Notes: generated by a model from the sequence alone, not told the origin. Positions 18,246 through 26,854 are shown, numbered from the stretch's first letter. The stretch: 27,008 bases of DNA from Opitutales bacterium (GCA_049598495.1 JBMYNR010000022.1:1-27008), one strand, 5' to 3'. Made by a program: numbers and translations.

Positions 18246-19541
18246 ATGAAAAAGCGAAAGATTATTTGTATTATTATGGGCGGTGGACGTGGTTCCCGCC
18301 TGAGCCCGCTCACCCGAGATCGCTGTAAACCGGCGGTGCCACTGGCAGGGAAATATCGTCTGGTCGATATCCCTATCAGCAACTGCTTGAATTCCGGATA
18401 CAATCAAATCTTTGTTCTGACCCAGTTTAATACCGCCTCACTGCACCGTCATATTCAGGAATCCTACAAATTTGACCCCTATGCAGGTGGCTTTGTGGAT
18501 ATTCTATCTGCGGAACAGACTGACCAGAGTGATACCTGGTATCAGGGCACGGCCGATGCAGTCCGTCAGAATATGCACCACTTTCAGGGGCATGGTGAGG
18601 GGGACCTCTACGTGATTCTCTCAGGCGATCAACTCTACCGCATGAATCTGGAAGATGTGGTTCGTGAACACGACGCTTCGGGGGCTGAGGTGACGATTAC
18701 CGCGAAACCACTTGGGCTCGATGAGTCTGAAGGTCTTGGGCTCATGCGGGTGAATGAGAAGCTGGAAATCACTGAATTCGTTGAGAAGCCAACAGATCCG
18801 GAGGTCATCAAAGGTCTCGCAGTCGGTGACAGTGTCCGGAAGAAGATGAAGAACTCCGATGAGAAAGATTACTGCCTCGCTTCTATGGGTATCTACGTGT
18901 TCAACGCGAAGACCCTCATCGAAGCTCTGAAGTCCGAAACGACTGATTTTGGTAAGGAGATTATTCCAAGCATGCTTGGAAAGTCGAAGCTTTGCAGCTA
19001 TGTTTTCGATGATTATTGGGAGGATATCGGAACAGTGAAAGCCTTCTTCGATGCGAATATCCGCCTCACTGATCCCGTGCCTCCATTTAATTTCTTCGAT
19101 GAGGACGCACGTATTTTTACCCGCGCGCGGTTTCTTCCGGCCTCAAAGATCAACTCCTGCACAATCGATCGTGCCATCTTGGCGGATGGATGCATTGTAA
19201 CCGATGCTGAGGTGAAGCATTCGACCCTCGGTGTGCGCTCGGTGGTTCGTGAAAAATCGCTTCTTGAGAATGTCGTTATGATGGGTGCCGATCGCTTTGA
19301 GACAACTGAAGAGCTGGACGAAAATGTAGAATTAGGCCGCCCCAACTACGGTGTGGGTAAACATTGCATGATCAGAAATGCGATTCTCGATAAAAATGTC
19401 CGTATCGGTGATAATGTCATACTCGATCCCGCCGGTTTGCCGGATAATTTCGGTCCTGAAGTGAATATCGCCATTCGTGATGGTGTGCTCGTGGTTTGTA
19501 AGGACACCACGGTGCCGGATGGATTCGTGCTCAAGGCATAG
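18246..19541 (+). CDS. glgC: Glucose-1-phosphate adenylyltransferase
   Basis: GGG.GSRL.PLT..R.KPAVP..GKYRL.DIPISNC, WYQGTADAVRQ, LSGDQLYRM, F.EKP, ASMGIYVF, DFGKEIIP, YWEDIGT. Confidence 0.98.
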   Translation: MKKRKIICIIMGGGRGSRLSPLTRDRCKPAVPLAGKYRLVDIPISNCLNSGYNQIFVLTQFNTASLHRHIQESYKFDPYAGGFVDILSAEQTDQSDTWYQGTADAVRQNMHHFQGHGEGDLYVILSGDQLYRMNLEDVVREHDASGAEVTITAKPLGLDESEGLGLMRVNEKLEITEFVEKPTDPEVIKGLAVGDSVRKKMKNSDEKDYCLASMGIYVFNAKTLIEALKSETTDFGKEIIPSMLGKSKLCSYVFDDYWEDIGTVKAFFDANIRLTDPVPPFNFFDEDARIFTRARFLPASKINSCTIDRAILADGCIVTDAEVKHSTLGVRSVVREKSLLENVVMMGADRFETTEELDENVELGRPNYGVGKHCMIRNAILDKNVRIGDNVILDPAGLPDNFGPEVNIAIRDGVLVVCKDTTVPDGFVLKA

Positions 19542-19566
19542 TCGAATCAGACATTATCTTTCCTTC

Positions 19567-19595
19567 AAAACCGCGCCTCTAATCGGCGCGGTTTT
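19567..19595. terminator. Intrinsic terminator after glgC (bidirectional shape)
   Basis: Perfect inverted repeat AAAACCGCGCC-TCTAATC-GGCGCGGTTTT. Confidence 0.85.
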
Positions 19596-19598
19596 CTA

Positions 19599-19627
19599 TT
19601 GCCTAGAAGCGCTTACCTGCACATAAT
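19599..19627 (+). promoter_or_regulatory. Candidate sigma70 promoter for the USP gene
   Basis: TTGCCT (19599-19604), 17-nt spacer, CATAAT (19622-19627), directly after the terminator and about 50 bp before the ATG. Confidence 0.55.
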
Positions 19628-19678
19628 CCAAGATAGAAAAGCGAAGCAAAGTCATGTTCACCCGCAACCCTAATTGAG

Positions 19679-20524
19679 ATGAAAAACATACTGATTTGCA
19701 CGGATGGTTCCGGTTACTCCCATGAGGCATGTCACTATGCCGCATGGCTAAGTCGAAGGATGGATGCGAAGATCGAGGTTCTTTACGTGACTGATCTTCG
19801 GCAATTCGAAATTCCAGCTGTCGCCGACTTTAGTGGCAGCTTGGGTATACAACCCTTTGAGGGCATGCTCGCTCAGCTTCAGGAGATCGAGGATATCAAG
19901 TCAAAGTTCATTGAAGAGCAGACAGTGAAGTTTTTTGAAGAAGCAGGCGTAAGTGAACGAGTCAGCTTTTTCCACGAAACGGGTTTACTGGTCGATGTGA
20001 TCGCCGACTATGCTGAGCGCGCTGATCTGGTTCTCATGGGGAAGCGTGGGGAGAACGTCAATTTCGCCACCGAGCACCTTGGTTCCATGCTTGAAAGGGT
20101 CCTGCGCACCCTGAAAAAACCATGTCTTGTCACAAATCGTACATTCAAAGCATGTGAGAGTGTCGTCCTTGCCTATGACGGAGGCGAGAGCTGCCGCAAG
20201 GCACTCGATTTTTTGGCGGACCATCCGCTCTTTAAGGATTTAGAGCTTCATGTCGTTGTCTGCGTCGAGGGGCACAAGGAAACCGAAGCCACCGATCATT
20301 TGAAGGAGGTGGAGGAAAAATTGCACAAGGCCGGATACCTCCCTAAATGCCAGGTGCTATCGGGAACTGTAGAATCGGCGATAGCCGGCTACGTGAAGCA
20401 TGCGGGCATTGATTTGCTCATTGTCGGTGCCTACGGACACAGTCGGATTCGTGAGCTTTTAATTGGAAGCACGACAACGGAGCTCCTGCGCCGGTGTCAT
20501 GTGCCCGTGCTTTGCTTCCGTTGA
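19679..20524 (+). CDS. Universal stress protein (two USP domains)
   Basis: KNILICTDGS, ADLV.MGKRG, LGS.LERV.R, AYDG.ES, DLL.VGAYGHSRIRELLIGSTT..LLR..VPVL. Confidence 0.93.
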   Translation: MKNILICTDGSGYSHEACHYAAWLSRRMDAKIEVLYVTDLRQFEIPAVADFSGSLGIQPFEGMLAQLQEIEDIKSKFIEEQTVKFFEEAGVSERVSFFHETGLLVDVIADYAERADLVLMGKRGENVNFATEHLGSMLERVLRTLKKPCLVTNRTFKACESVVLAYDGGESCRKALDFLADHPLFKDLELHVVVCVEGHKETEATDHLKEVEEKLHKAGYLPKCQVLSGTVESAIAGYVKHAGIDLLIVGAYGHSRIRELLIGSTTTELLRRCHVPVLCFR

Positions 20525-21351
20525 TGGCGCCGGGCGAACCAGATGACAAAGGCGCCGATGGCGATTAAAAAGAGCGAGTAGAACTGACCTCGGCTCAGAC
20601 CGAGCAAGAGAGATGCGTCCGGTTCACGGAAGATCTCCCCAAAAATTCTAAGGATGCCATAAGCGAGTAGGAACTCTCCGCCGATTTGCCCCGCAGGTGT
20701 CTTCGTTTTCCAAAACCGCCACTGGGTGTAGGCAAAAAGTAAGGCGCCCTCCAGGAAAGCTTCATAGAGCTGGGATGGGTGCCTGGGTTGCGGGCCGTAG
20801 ACCTGAAGACTTTCGTTGAAATTCCTAGGGCTCTGAGGAAAGATGACAGCCCAGCTGACGGTCGTTACACGGCCCCAAAGCTCGCCATTGATAAAATTGG
20901 CAATCCGCCCCAGCATTAAGCCAAGGGGCGCAAGCGATACCGCCACATCTCCCAAGGGTAAGAACCCGACCTTCTGCTTCTTCGCAAACCAGAGTAGCGC
21001 CAACGTGACTCCGATGAATCCACCATGGCTCGACATGCCCCCCTGATCGACACGGAAGAGTAGGAGCGGATTTTCCAGAAACGACTGGAAATCATAGAAA
21101 ATTATATATCCGACCCGCCCGCCGGCCAGCACCCCAATGATTATGGAGGTCATCAAAGTTGCCCGCGCGTCGGCATCGATCGCGAATCTCCCTTTCGCGT
21201 TATAAAGCTTGAGTAGGAACCAGGCACCCAGAAAGCCCAGCAGGTATGCTAGCCCGTAGTAACGAATACCTTCCAAGCCAAGTGGGGCGCTCTCAAATTC
21301 GATCAGGAAGGGGCTTAGGTCATGCACCCAATATCGGCTCGCATCTGTCAT
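20497..21351 (-). CDS. lgt: Prolipoprotein diacylglyceryl transferase
   Basis: IRYYGLAY, GGRVGY, GGMSSHGG, GRIANFINGELWGR, RHPSQLYEAFLEG, YG..R...E.FREPD, GQ..S. Confidence 0.98.
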   Translation of the reverse strand: MTDASRYWVHDLSPFLIEFESAPLGLEGIRYYGLAYLLGFLGAWFLLKLYNAKGRFAIDADARATLMTSIIIGVLAGGRVGYIIFYDFQSFLENPLLLFRVDQGGMSSHGGFIGVTLALLWFAKKQKVGFLPLGDVAVSLAPLGLMLGRIANFINGELWGRVTTVSWAVIFPQSPRNFNESLQVYGPQPRHPSQLYEAFLEGALLFAYTQWRFWKTKTPAGQIGGEFLLAYGILRIFGEIFREPDASLLLGLSRGQFYSLFLIAIGAFVIWFARRHQRKQSTGT

Positions 21352-21440
21352 AAAATATCAGATTTGAAAGCCCATCGATAATCCGAGCGGTGACAAACTC
21401 TTTTCTTTGACTTTTCCGAGTCTAACGAAATCGTCATTTC

Positions 21441-22046
21441 ATGCTCAAGATTCACTCTTTGGTAAAATTCTGCCTTATTGGGGGCCTGACCTTGAGTAGC
21501 CCCTTGTTCGCACAGTCCGACAACCTGCGGGTCACCGTTGCCAATCTTAACCAAGATATGAGTCTGCTGGCTCAGCAGGTGAAAACGATACGCCTGGAAA
21601 TGGAGGAACTTCGACGGGAAAATGCTCGTCTACGGGCTCAGGTAGCCGCAGGTGTCAACCGGGAAAACCAGACACAGATCAATGACCTCTCGACGGCTGT
21701 CGAAGCTCTCCGGCGGGAGTATCGCGCCGCGGATGAAGCTCAGAAGCAGCAGATCATCGCCGAAGTTAATCGGCAGATGCGCGCTCTGGCTAAGGAAACC
21801 CAAGCTGCGATTAATTCGGTTGCGACCGCTGTTAGTGGCCAACCACAGGTGGAGTTGCCAGTCCACTTCTCGAGTGATTACCCCAAAACGGGGATTACTT
21901 ACACCGTGCGCTCCGGGGATACCTTGAGCAAGATCGCCCGCGATCACGCGTCTACAGTCAAACACATTCAAAACGCCAACAAGATCGTCAATCCTTCCAG
22001 GGATCTGCGTGTCGGCGAAACGATTTTCATACCAATTGCTCAATAG
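21441..22046 (+). CDS. Secreted coiled-coil protein with C-terminal LysM domain
   Basis: Signal peptide (..SPLFA|QS), heptad-rich middle, YTVRSGDTLSKIA......V..IQ.AN.I..P..LRVGE.IFIP LysM domain. Confidence 0.88.
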   Translation: MLKIHSLVKFCLIGGLTLSSPLFAQSDNLRVTVANLNQDMSLLAQQVKTIRLEMEELRRENARLRAQVAAGVNRENQTQINDLSTAVEALRREYRAADEAQKQQIIAEVNRQMRALAKETQAAINSVATAVSGQPQVELPVHFSSDYPKTGITYTVRSGDTLSKIARDHASTVKHIQNANKIVNPSRDLRVGETIFIPIAQ

Positions 22047-22048
22047 AT

Positions 22049-23008
22049 ATGTCCAATAAAAGCAGACTTGGCCGTGGCCTTGGGGGCCTTATTTCCGGTG
22101 CAGGCACAACGCCGGCTCAAAAGAAGGTAGAGGTTGCTTCGCCAGTAAAGAAAAAAACGGTAGATAAGACGGAGGTCGCGCAGTCGATTAAGATTGATAG
22201 CGCGGCTCTTAACGCACCCGGTTACCGCGAACTGGAGGTGAAGCACGTTCTCCCGAATCCCTATCAGCCCCGCCGTGAGATTCAGCCCGAACAGGTGGAA
22301 GAGCTTGCCAAGAGCATTCACTCGGAAGGACTGATTCAGCCAATCGTCGTTCGAAAAAACCAGGGGAAGTTTGAGCTGATTGCCGGTGAAAGACGGCTTC
22401 ATGCCTTTAAACATCTCAAGCTGAAGAAAATTCCCGCGAGGATCATAGAGGCGAGTGATGCCTCTTCTGCTACGCTAGCACTCATTGAGAACTTACAGCG
22501 TGAGAATTTGAATCCGATTGATGAAGCACTCGGTTACCAAAGCCTACTGCGCGATTTTGATCTAACTCAGGATTCGGCGGCTGAGCGTGTGGGGAAGGGG
22601 CGTGCCACGGTTGCCAATGCGCTGAGACTCCTTAAGCTGGGCTCTGAGATTCAAGGCTACCTGAGTCGCCGACTGCTCTCTACGGGGCATGCCAAGGTAT
22701 TGCTCAGTCTCGAAAGCGAAGAGCATCAGAAGTTGCTCGCTCGTCGTATCATTGAAACAGGTATGAGTGTGCGTGACGCAGAGATGCAGGTGCGTCGCCT
22801 AAAAGAGGGCAGCGGGTCGAAGCCGAAGAGCCGCAGACAAACTCCTGAAGCCGAACAGACCGCGATTCGCGATCTAGAGAAGCGGATGGGTGAGCACTTC
22901 AACACCCGTGTCGCGCTCAAGCATACGCCGAAGAAAGGGCGAATCACGATCGAATACTACGGCAACGACGATCTGGATCGCATCCTTGAGAAGTTAGGGC
23001 TTCAGTAG
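22049..23008 (+). CDS. parB: ParB/Spo0J chromosome partition protein
   Basis: LGRGLG.LI N-terminus, PNPYQPR, LAKSI...GLIQPI.VR, IAGERR (CTP-binding arginine patch), ALIENLQRENLNPIDEA, HTH TQ..AA..VGK.R.TVAN.LRLL, GHAK.LL, KGRI.IEY. Confidence 0.95.
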   Translation: MSNKSRLGRGLGGLISGAGTTPAQKKVEVASPVKKKTVDKTEVAQSIKIDSAALNAPGYRELEVKHVLPNPYQPRREIQPEQVEELAKSIHSEGLIQPIVVRKNQGKFELIAGERRLHAFKHLKLKKIPARIIEASDASSATLALIENLQRENLNPIDEALGYQSLLRDFDLTQDSAAERVGKGRATVANALRLLKLGSEIQGYLSRRLLSTGHAKVLLSLESEEHQKLLARRIIETGMSVRDAEMQVRRLKEGSGSKPKSRRQTPEAEQTAIRDLEKRMGEHFNTRVALKHTPKKGRITIEYYGNDDLDRILEKLGLQ

Positions 23009-23089
23009 TTGTTCCAGTTAAGTGGCAGGAGGGGCACTGGAGCTCTAAGTAACAGATCGAACCCCGTATCTCGAATCACATATCTCGAA

Positions 23090-23560
23090 ATGAACTACTG
23101 GTTGATGAAATCCGAGCCCGATGTCTTTTCTTTTGAAGACTTGAAGTCGCGCCCGAATCAGACGGAACCATGGGATGGCGTGCGCAATTATCAGGCCCGC
23201 AATTTCATGCGCGATGAGATGCGCGTCGGTGATCAGATTCTGTTTTATCATTCGAACACGAATCCTCCCGGTGTTGCCGGCATCGCCCGAGTGGCCAGCA
23301 AGCCATACCCGGACCCCACCGCTTTCGATAAAAAATCGAAGTATTTTGACCCGAAGAGCGATCCCGAAAATCCACGTTGGATGTTGGTTGATGTCGCCTA
23401 CAAGTCGGACCTCAAACGACTGGTCTCACTCGAGGAGATGAAATCGATGCCTGAGTTGGAGGAGATGCGTGTCATGCAGCGTGGGAACCGCCTCTCGATC
23501 ACGCCGGTTACGAAAGAGGAGTTTCAGGCGATCAAGCAGGCCGGCATGCGCAAAGGCTAG
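23090..23560 (+). CDS. EVE domain protein (THYN1-like, PUA superfamily)
   Basis: MNYWLMKSEP..FS..DL, WDGVRNYQARNFMRD.M..GD..LFYHSN, YFDPKS..NPRW..VDV, RLSITPV. Start at ATG 23090. Confidence 0.95.
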   Translation: MNYWLMKSEPDVFSFEDLKSRPNQTEPWDGVRNYQARNFMRDEMRVGDQILFYHSNTNPPGVAGIARVASKPYPDPTAFDKKSKYFDPKSDPENPRWMLVDVAYKSDLKRLVSLEEMKSMPELEEMRVMQRGNRLSITPVTKEEFQAIKQAGMRKG

Positions 23561-24456
23561 GCCTCTGCTTTGCCAGCTAGGATCTGGTCGAGCCTTTCGA
23601 TCAGCTCGTCGCGGAGGGGTTTCGCCGCCTCACTGAGAGCTCGCTGCCTCTGCTCGTATTCAAGTTTGCCGCGCGATGTTTCCACGCGCACAGGCTCGAA
23701 GCCCAGCGAGCGGCAATCATAAGGACTGGCCTGCATATCCAGCGTGCGGGCACTGATTGCGAATTCGAAGCAACGCCAGAGTAAGTCCGAGCCAATCCAC
23801 GGCATGCACTGCGCCGCCAGCTTGTAAAGATCCATGTTGGTGTGCAGACAGCCGCATTGCTCGTTCTCGATCCGGGTGTCCTTTGTCGGCTGGATCCGAT
23901 TGAGAGGCTTCGCACCCGGGCTAAAGAAGCGGAAGGCGTCGAAATGGCTGCACTGAACCGGACGACTGCGCACGAAGGCATCCGTTGCCTCCTGTGAGAG
24001 GCGTAGTGGCAAGCGTTCCGCATGCCGAATCTCGCCCTCCGCATCGCCGCGGTAGACCATGGCCCACTCATGCATGCCGAAGCAGCCGAATGCCGGAGGG
24101 CGCTCGCGAACCGTGAGGCAGAGCCGTTGTGCCATCTCGAGACGATGGCGCGCCGTTTTGCTCAGGTCCTCCAAGTTGAGTAAAGTGCGGCCTTCCTCCA
24201 CTCGGTAGTGCGCCTTTTTAAAGGTTTCTCCAAGTGGCGCGTCTTCAAGGCAGACCCCGGGCCCCGGGTGCCAGGCTTCCAGATGAGAGGGCTTGTTTCG
24301 GTAGTAGATGAAGAGAAAATCATAAATAGGATGCAGCTTGCCGGCTGCACGTCGTTCCCGATAGGGTATGGTCCATTGCTCGGCCCGAAGACGATGCTTC
24401 TCTGCTTGGTGCCGCCACTCGCGCTTGCTGAGGACTGTTTGTTCCTTAAGCCGCAT
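23557..24456 (-). CDS. Conserved protein of the family often labelled '3-methyladenine DNA glycosylase' (function doubtful)
   Basis: HPIYDFLF.YY, WHPG.G, FGCFGMHEWAMVY, RH...PLRL, CSHFDAFRFF, EQ.GCLH.NMDLYK, R.LDMQASPYD, G..EY...QR. No AlkA, Tag or AAG motif seen. Confidence 0.8.
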   Translation of the reverse strand: MRLKEQTVLSKREWRHQAEKHRLRAEQWTIPYRERRAAGKLHPIYDFLFIYYRNKPSHLEAWHPGPGVCLEDAPLGETFKKAHYRVEEGRTLLNLEDLSKTARHRLEMAQRLCLTVRERPPAFGCFGMHEWAMVYRGDAEGEIRHAERLPLRLSQEATDAFVRSRPVQCSHFDAFRFFSPGAKPLNRIQPTKDTRIENEQCGCLHTNMDLYKLAAQCMPWIGSDLLWRCFEFAISARTLDMQASPYDCRSLGFEPVRVETSRGKLEYEQRQRALSEAAKPLRDELIERLDQILAGKAEA

Positions 24457-24826
24457 CGGAATTCGCTGGGAGCTCTTCTGGTTGGACCATGAAATAAAGC
24501 ATGATCACCCAGCAGAGCATGAAGGGATAGAGTAGTGTGCAGAGCGCAATGGATCCGACGATGCCTATTCCGATCCCTGTCCACATCTCGAGCCGCTCCA
24601 TAACAACCAGAATACATACCGGCAGAATGATCAAGATGATGGCTAATACGTAGCCAATCGACGTGGTGCCAAAATAGAAGCCGGACTCGTCCTTCTCAAG
24701 TTCCATATCACAATGCAGGCACCGTCGATGTAGACGAAACCAGTTTTTGAAGATGCCGAAGCGGCCGCAGTTCGGGCAGCGTCCGCTCAAACTTCTCATC
24801 AGTATGTCGCCGCGGGAAACTTTCAT
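24446..24826 (-). CDS. DUF983-like Zn-ribbon membrane protein
   Basis: RCPNCG...IF......RCLHC, then E.G.Y.G and two hydrophobic helices. Start at ATG 24826 (alternative 24850). Overlaps the downstream gene by 11 bp. Confidence 0.8.
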   Translation of the reverse strand: MKVSRGDILMRSLSGRCPNCGRFGIFKNWFRLHRRCLHCDMELEKDESGFYFGTTSIGYVLAIILIILPVCILVVMERLEMWTGIGIGIVGSIALCTLLYPFMLCWVIMLYFMVQPEELPANSDAA

Positions 24827-25022
24827 TGGGGCTACTGGTTTTTGCTGCATTTGAAGTCTAAAAAATGTACGAGCGGATCGACTGACAATGCTCGAAATTG
24901 GGTGAATCGTGTTGTCTTGGGAAAGGCAGTGCGTATGCCTCCAGAATATGAGTATGCCCCATCTATTTTCCCCTGCTTTCGCTTTTACGGTTGTCTTATA
25001 CGCTTTTCCGTTGACCTCTTTG

Positions 25023-25802
25023 ATGTCCAAAACCGATACCTATAATATGTTAGAAATACCTGCTGATGTTAGTTCCGTTCCTGGCGACGCCGAGAAGACG
25101 TCTTCCGGCCTCGCCTCCCGAGTGTTGGAGTCGGGCACAGGTTACGAATCACCTGCTGCCGCCGACACGGTTACAGTTCACTACAGTGGGTGGACCACAG
25201 ACGGCAATATGTTCGACAGTTCGGTTCAGCGTGGTCAGCCCGCGAGTTTTCCTCTGAATCGTGTCATCAAGGGCTGGACTGAGGGCCTGCAACTCATGGT
25301 CGTCGGTGAGAAACGCCGCTTTTGGATTCCGGCAGAGTTGGCTTATGGTAACGATCCCGCCGGCGGTCGCCCAGCTGGACTGCTGGTTTTCGACGTGGAG
25401 CTACTCGGTATCGAGAAAGCCCCCGAGCCCCCGAAGGTGCCCGAGGACGTTGCTGCTATTCCCGATAATTCCGAGGTCCGCGAGAGTGGTCTTGCATCGC
25501 GCATTTTGGTCAAAGGCTCGGGCTCGCAGAATCCTACGGCATCATCTCTTGTCACCGTCCATTACAGCGGTTGGACCACTGATGGCCAGCTCTTCGACAG
25601 CTCGGTTATGCGGGGTGAACCCGCCACTTTCGGTCTATCGCAGGTCATTGCCGGCTGGACCGAGGGTGTGCAGCTCATGGTTGAGGGGGAGAAGCGCCGA
25701 TTTTGGATCCCGGCAAAGCTTGCTTATGGTGACAACCCACGCGGTGGTGCGCCTGCAGGCACGCTGGTTTTCGATGTCGAACTGATTAAGATCGGGCGTT
25801 GA
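25023..25802 (+). CDS. FKBP-type peptidyl-prolyl isomerase with two tandem domains
   Basis: Two copies of VTVHYSGWTTDG..FDSSV.RG.PA.F.L..VI.GWTEG.QLM..GEKRRFWIPA.LAYG...G.LVFDVEL. Start uncertain (24948/24954 would add a hydrophobic leader; 25023 or 25047 would not). Confidence 0.92.
   Translation: MSKTDTYNMLEIPADVSSVPGDAEKTSSGLASRVLESGTGYESPAAADTVTVHYSGWTTDGNMFDSSVQRGQPASFPLNRVIKGWTEGLQLMVVGEKRRFWIPAELAYGNDPAGGRPAGLLVFDVELLGIEKAPEPPKVPEDVAAIPDNSEVRESGLASRILVKGSGSQNPTASSLVTVHYSGWTTDGQLFDSSVMRGEPATFGLSQVIAGWTEGVQLMVEGEKRRFWIPAKLAYGDNPRGGAPAGTLVFDVELIKIGR
25059..25793 (+). repeat. Internal tandem duplication within the FKBP gene, 381-bp period
   Basis: 25059-25412 and 25440-25793 are colinear with the same 381-nt offset at both ends; many differences are at third codon positions. 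Confidence 0.85.
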
Positions 25803-25997
25803 TTCCATCCATCGCAGAAGTTCTTTGAGGTAGCGCAGCAGCCTCTGGCTATGCATAAAGTCGCGAGGCATAAAGACAGTTCTTTGCGGCCCGAGACCGG
25901 CCTGTGTCACTTTAAAACGAAGGTTGATCCTGGGTTGATTCGCAGCTTCTATGATCACGTATTATTCATCCGTTATCCCGCACACCATATCTCTTCA

Positions 25998-26642
25998 ATG
26001 TTTCGCCCCGTTCAGATAAAGATTTGCGGCCTCACCCGTGAGGAGGATGTCGATCTGGCGCTTTCTCTCGGTGCGGATTACTGCGGCTTTATCGTCTATC
26101 CTAAGTCGCCACGAGGGTTGTCTCTTGAACGCGCCTCCGAATTGGCGGCTCGTGTTCCGGAGGGGAAGCGTGTCGTGGTCGATGTCGAAACGCGTAGCGA
26201 CGAGCTCGAGCGCCTCCGCGATGCCGGTTTCGACTATTTCCAAATTCATGCGGGACTGCAGGTCGGGCTGGCGACGCTCGCGACTTGGTCAGGACTGGTC
26301 GGTAAGGAACGCCTCTGGATGGCCCCACGTGTGGCGCCGGAGGACTGCTTTCCCGAGGCAATTCTCGAATTTGCCGACACCGTCTTGATCGATACCTTTT
26401 CCAAATCCCAGATTGGCGGGACCGGACAGGTCGGAGATTGGGCGGCCTTCGCCGCGCTTCGCGAAGCACATCCTCAGACCCATTGGATTCTTGCAGGTGG
26501 ACTCTCGCCTCAAAACGCACTCGAAGCAGTGGCAGAATCAGGTGCCGAGCACATCGACGTCAACAGCGGTGTGGAGTCTGCTCCCGGGATTAAGGATGCC
26601 GAGAGGTTGCGGTCACTTTTCCAGACTTTGAGGCCGGAGTAG
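25998..26642 (+). CDS. trpF: Phosphoribosylanthranilate isomerase
   Basis: IKICGLT, GAD..GFI..PKSPR, QIH, LID......GGTG...DW, ILAGGL.P.N, DVNSGVESAPGIKD. Start at ATG 25998. Confidence 0.95.
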   Translation: MFRPVQIKICGLTREEDVDLALSLGADYCGFIVYPKSPRGLSLERASELAARVPEGKRVVVDVETRSDELERLRDAGFDYFQIHAGLQVGLATLATWSGLVGKERLWMAPRVAPEDCFPEAILEFADTVLIDTFSKSQIGGTGQVGDWAAFAALREAHPQTHWILAGGLSPQNALEAVAESGAEHIDVNSGVESAPGIKDAERLRSLFQTLRPE

Positions 26643-26854
26643 CCAAGCCCGCCAAAGGTGAACATCGACGTCCTTCGCCAGTGGGAAGTTATCGCTGGGA
26701 TGAGCCTGTGCGTCGCTCTTCGAAATTTGAAGGGATAGACGACCTGGACCGAACTCCAACTAAGCCTACGAGTCTTGCACGTTGGAGTGCGCCCTTCAGG
26801 GCGTCTATCCGAATCCCCCTTGTCCCCAATCTGTGGTGTAGACCCCGAAAAGGG

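Noticed and set aside
25011..25046. TTGACC...TATAAT promoter before the FKBP gene
   Set aside because: The 24-nt spacing is non-canonical and TATAAT directly abuts an ATG.
25803..25997. trp attenuator or T-box upstream of trpF; short repeats GCATAAAG x2 and AGTTCTTTG x2
   Set aside because: No leader ORF with tandem Trp codons, no T-box motif, no U-tailed terminator; the repeats are too short to support a call.
26753..26788. attC site from ACTCCAAC...GTTGGAGT
   Set aside because: Only 36 bp, with no room for L boxes; too short for a functional attC.
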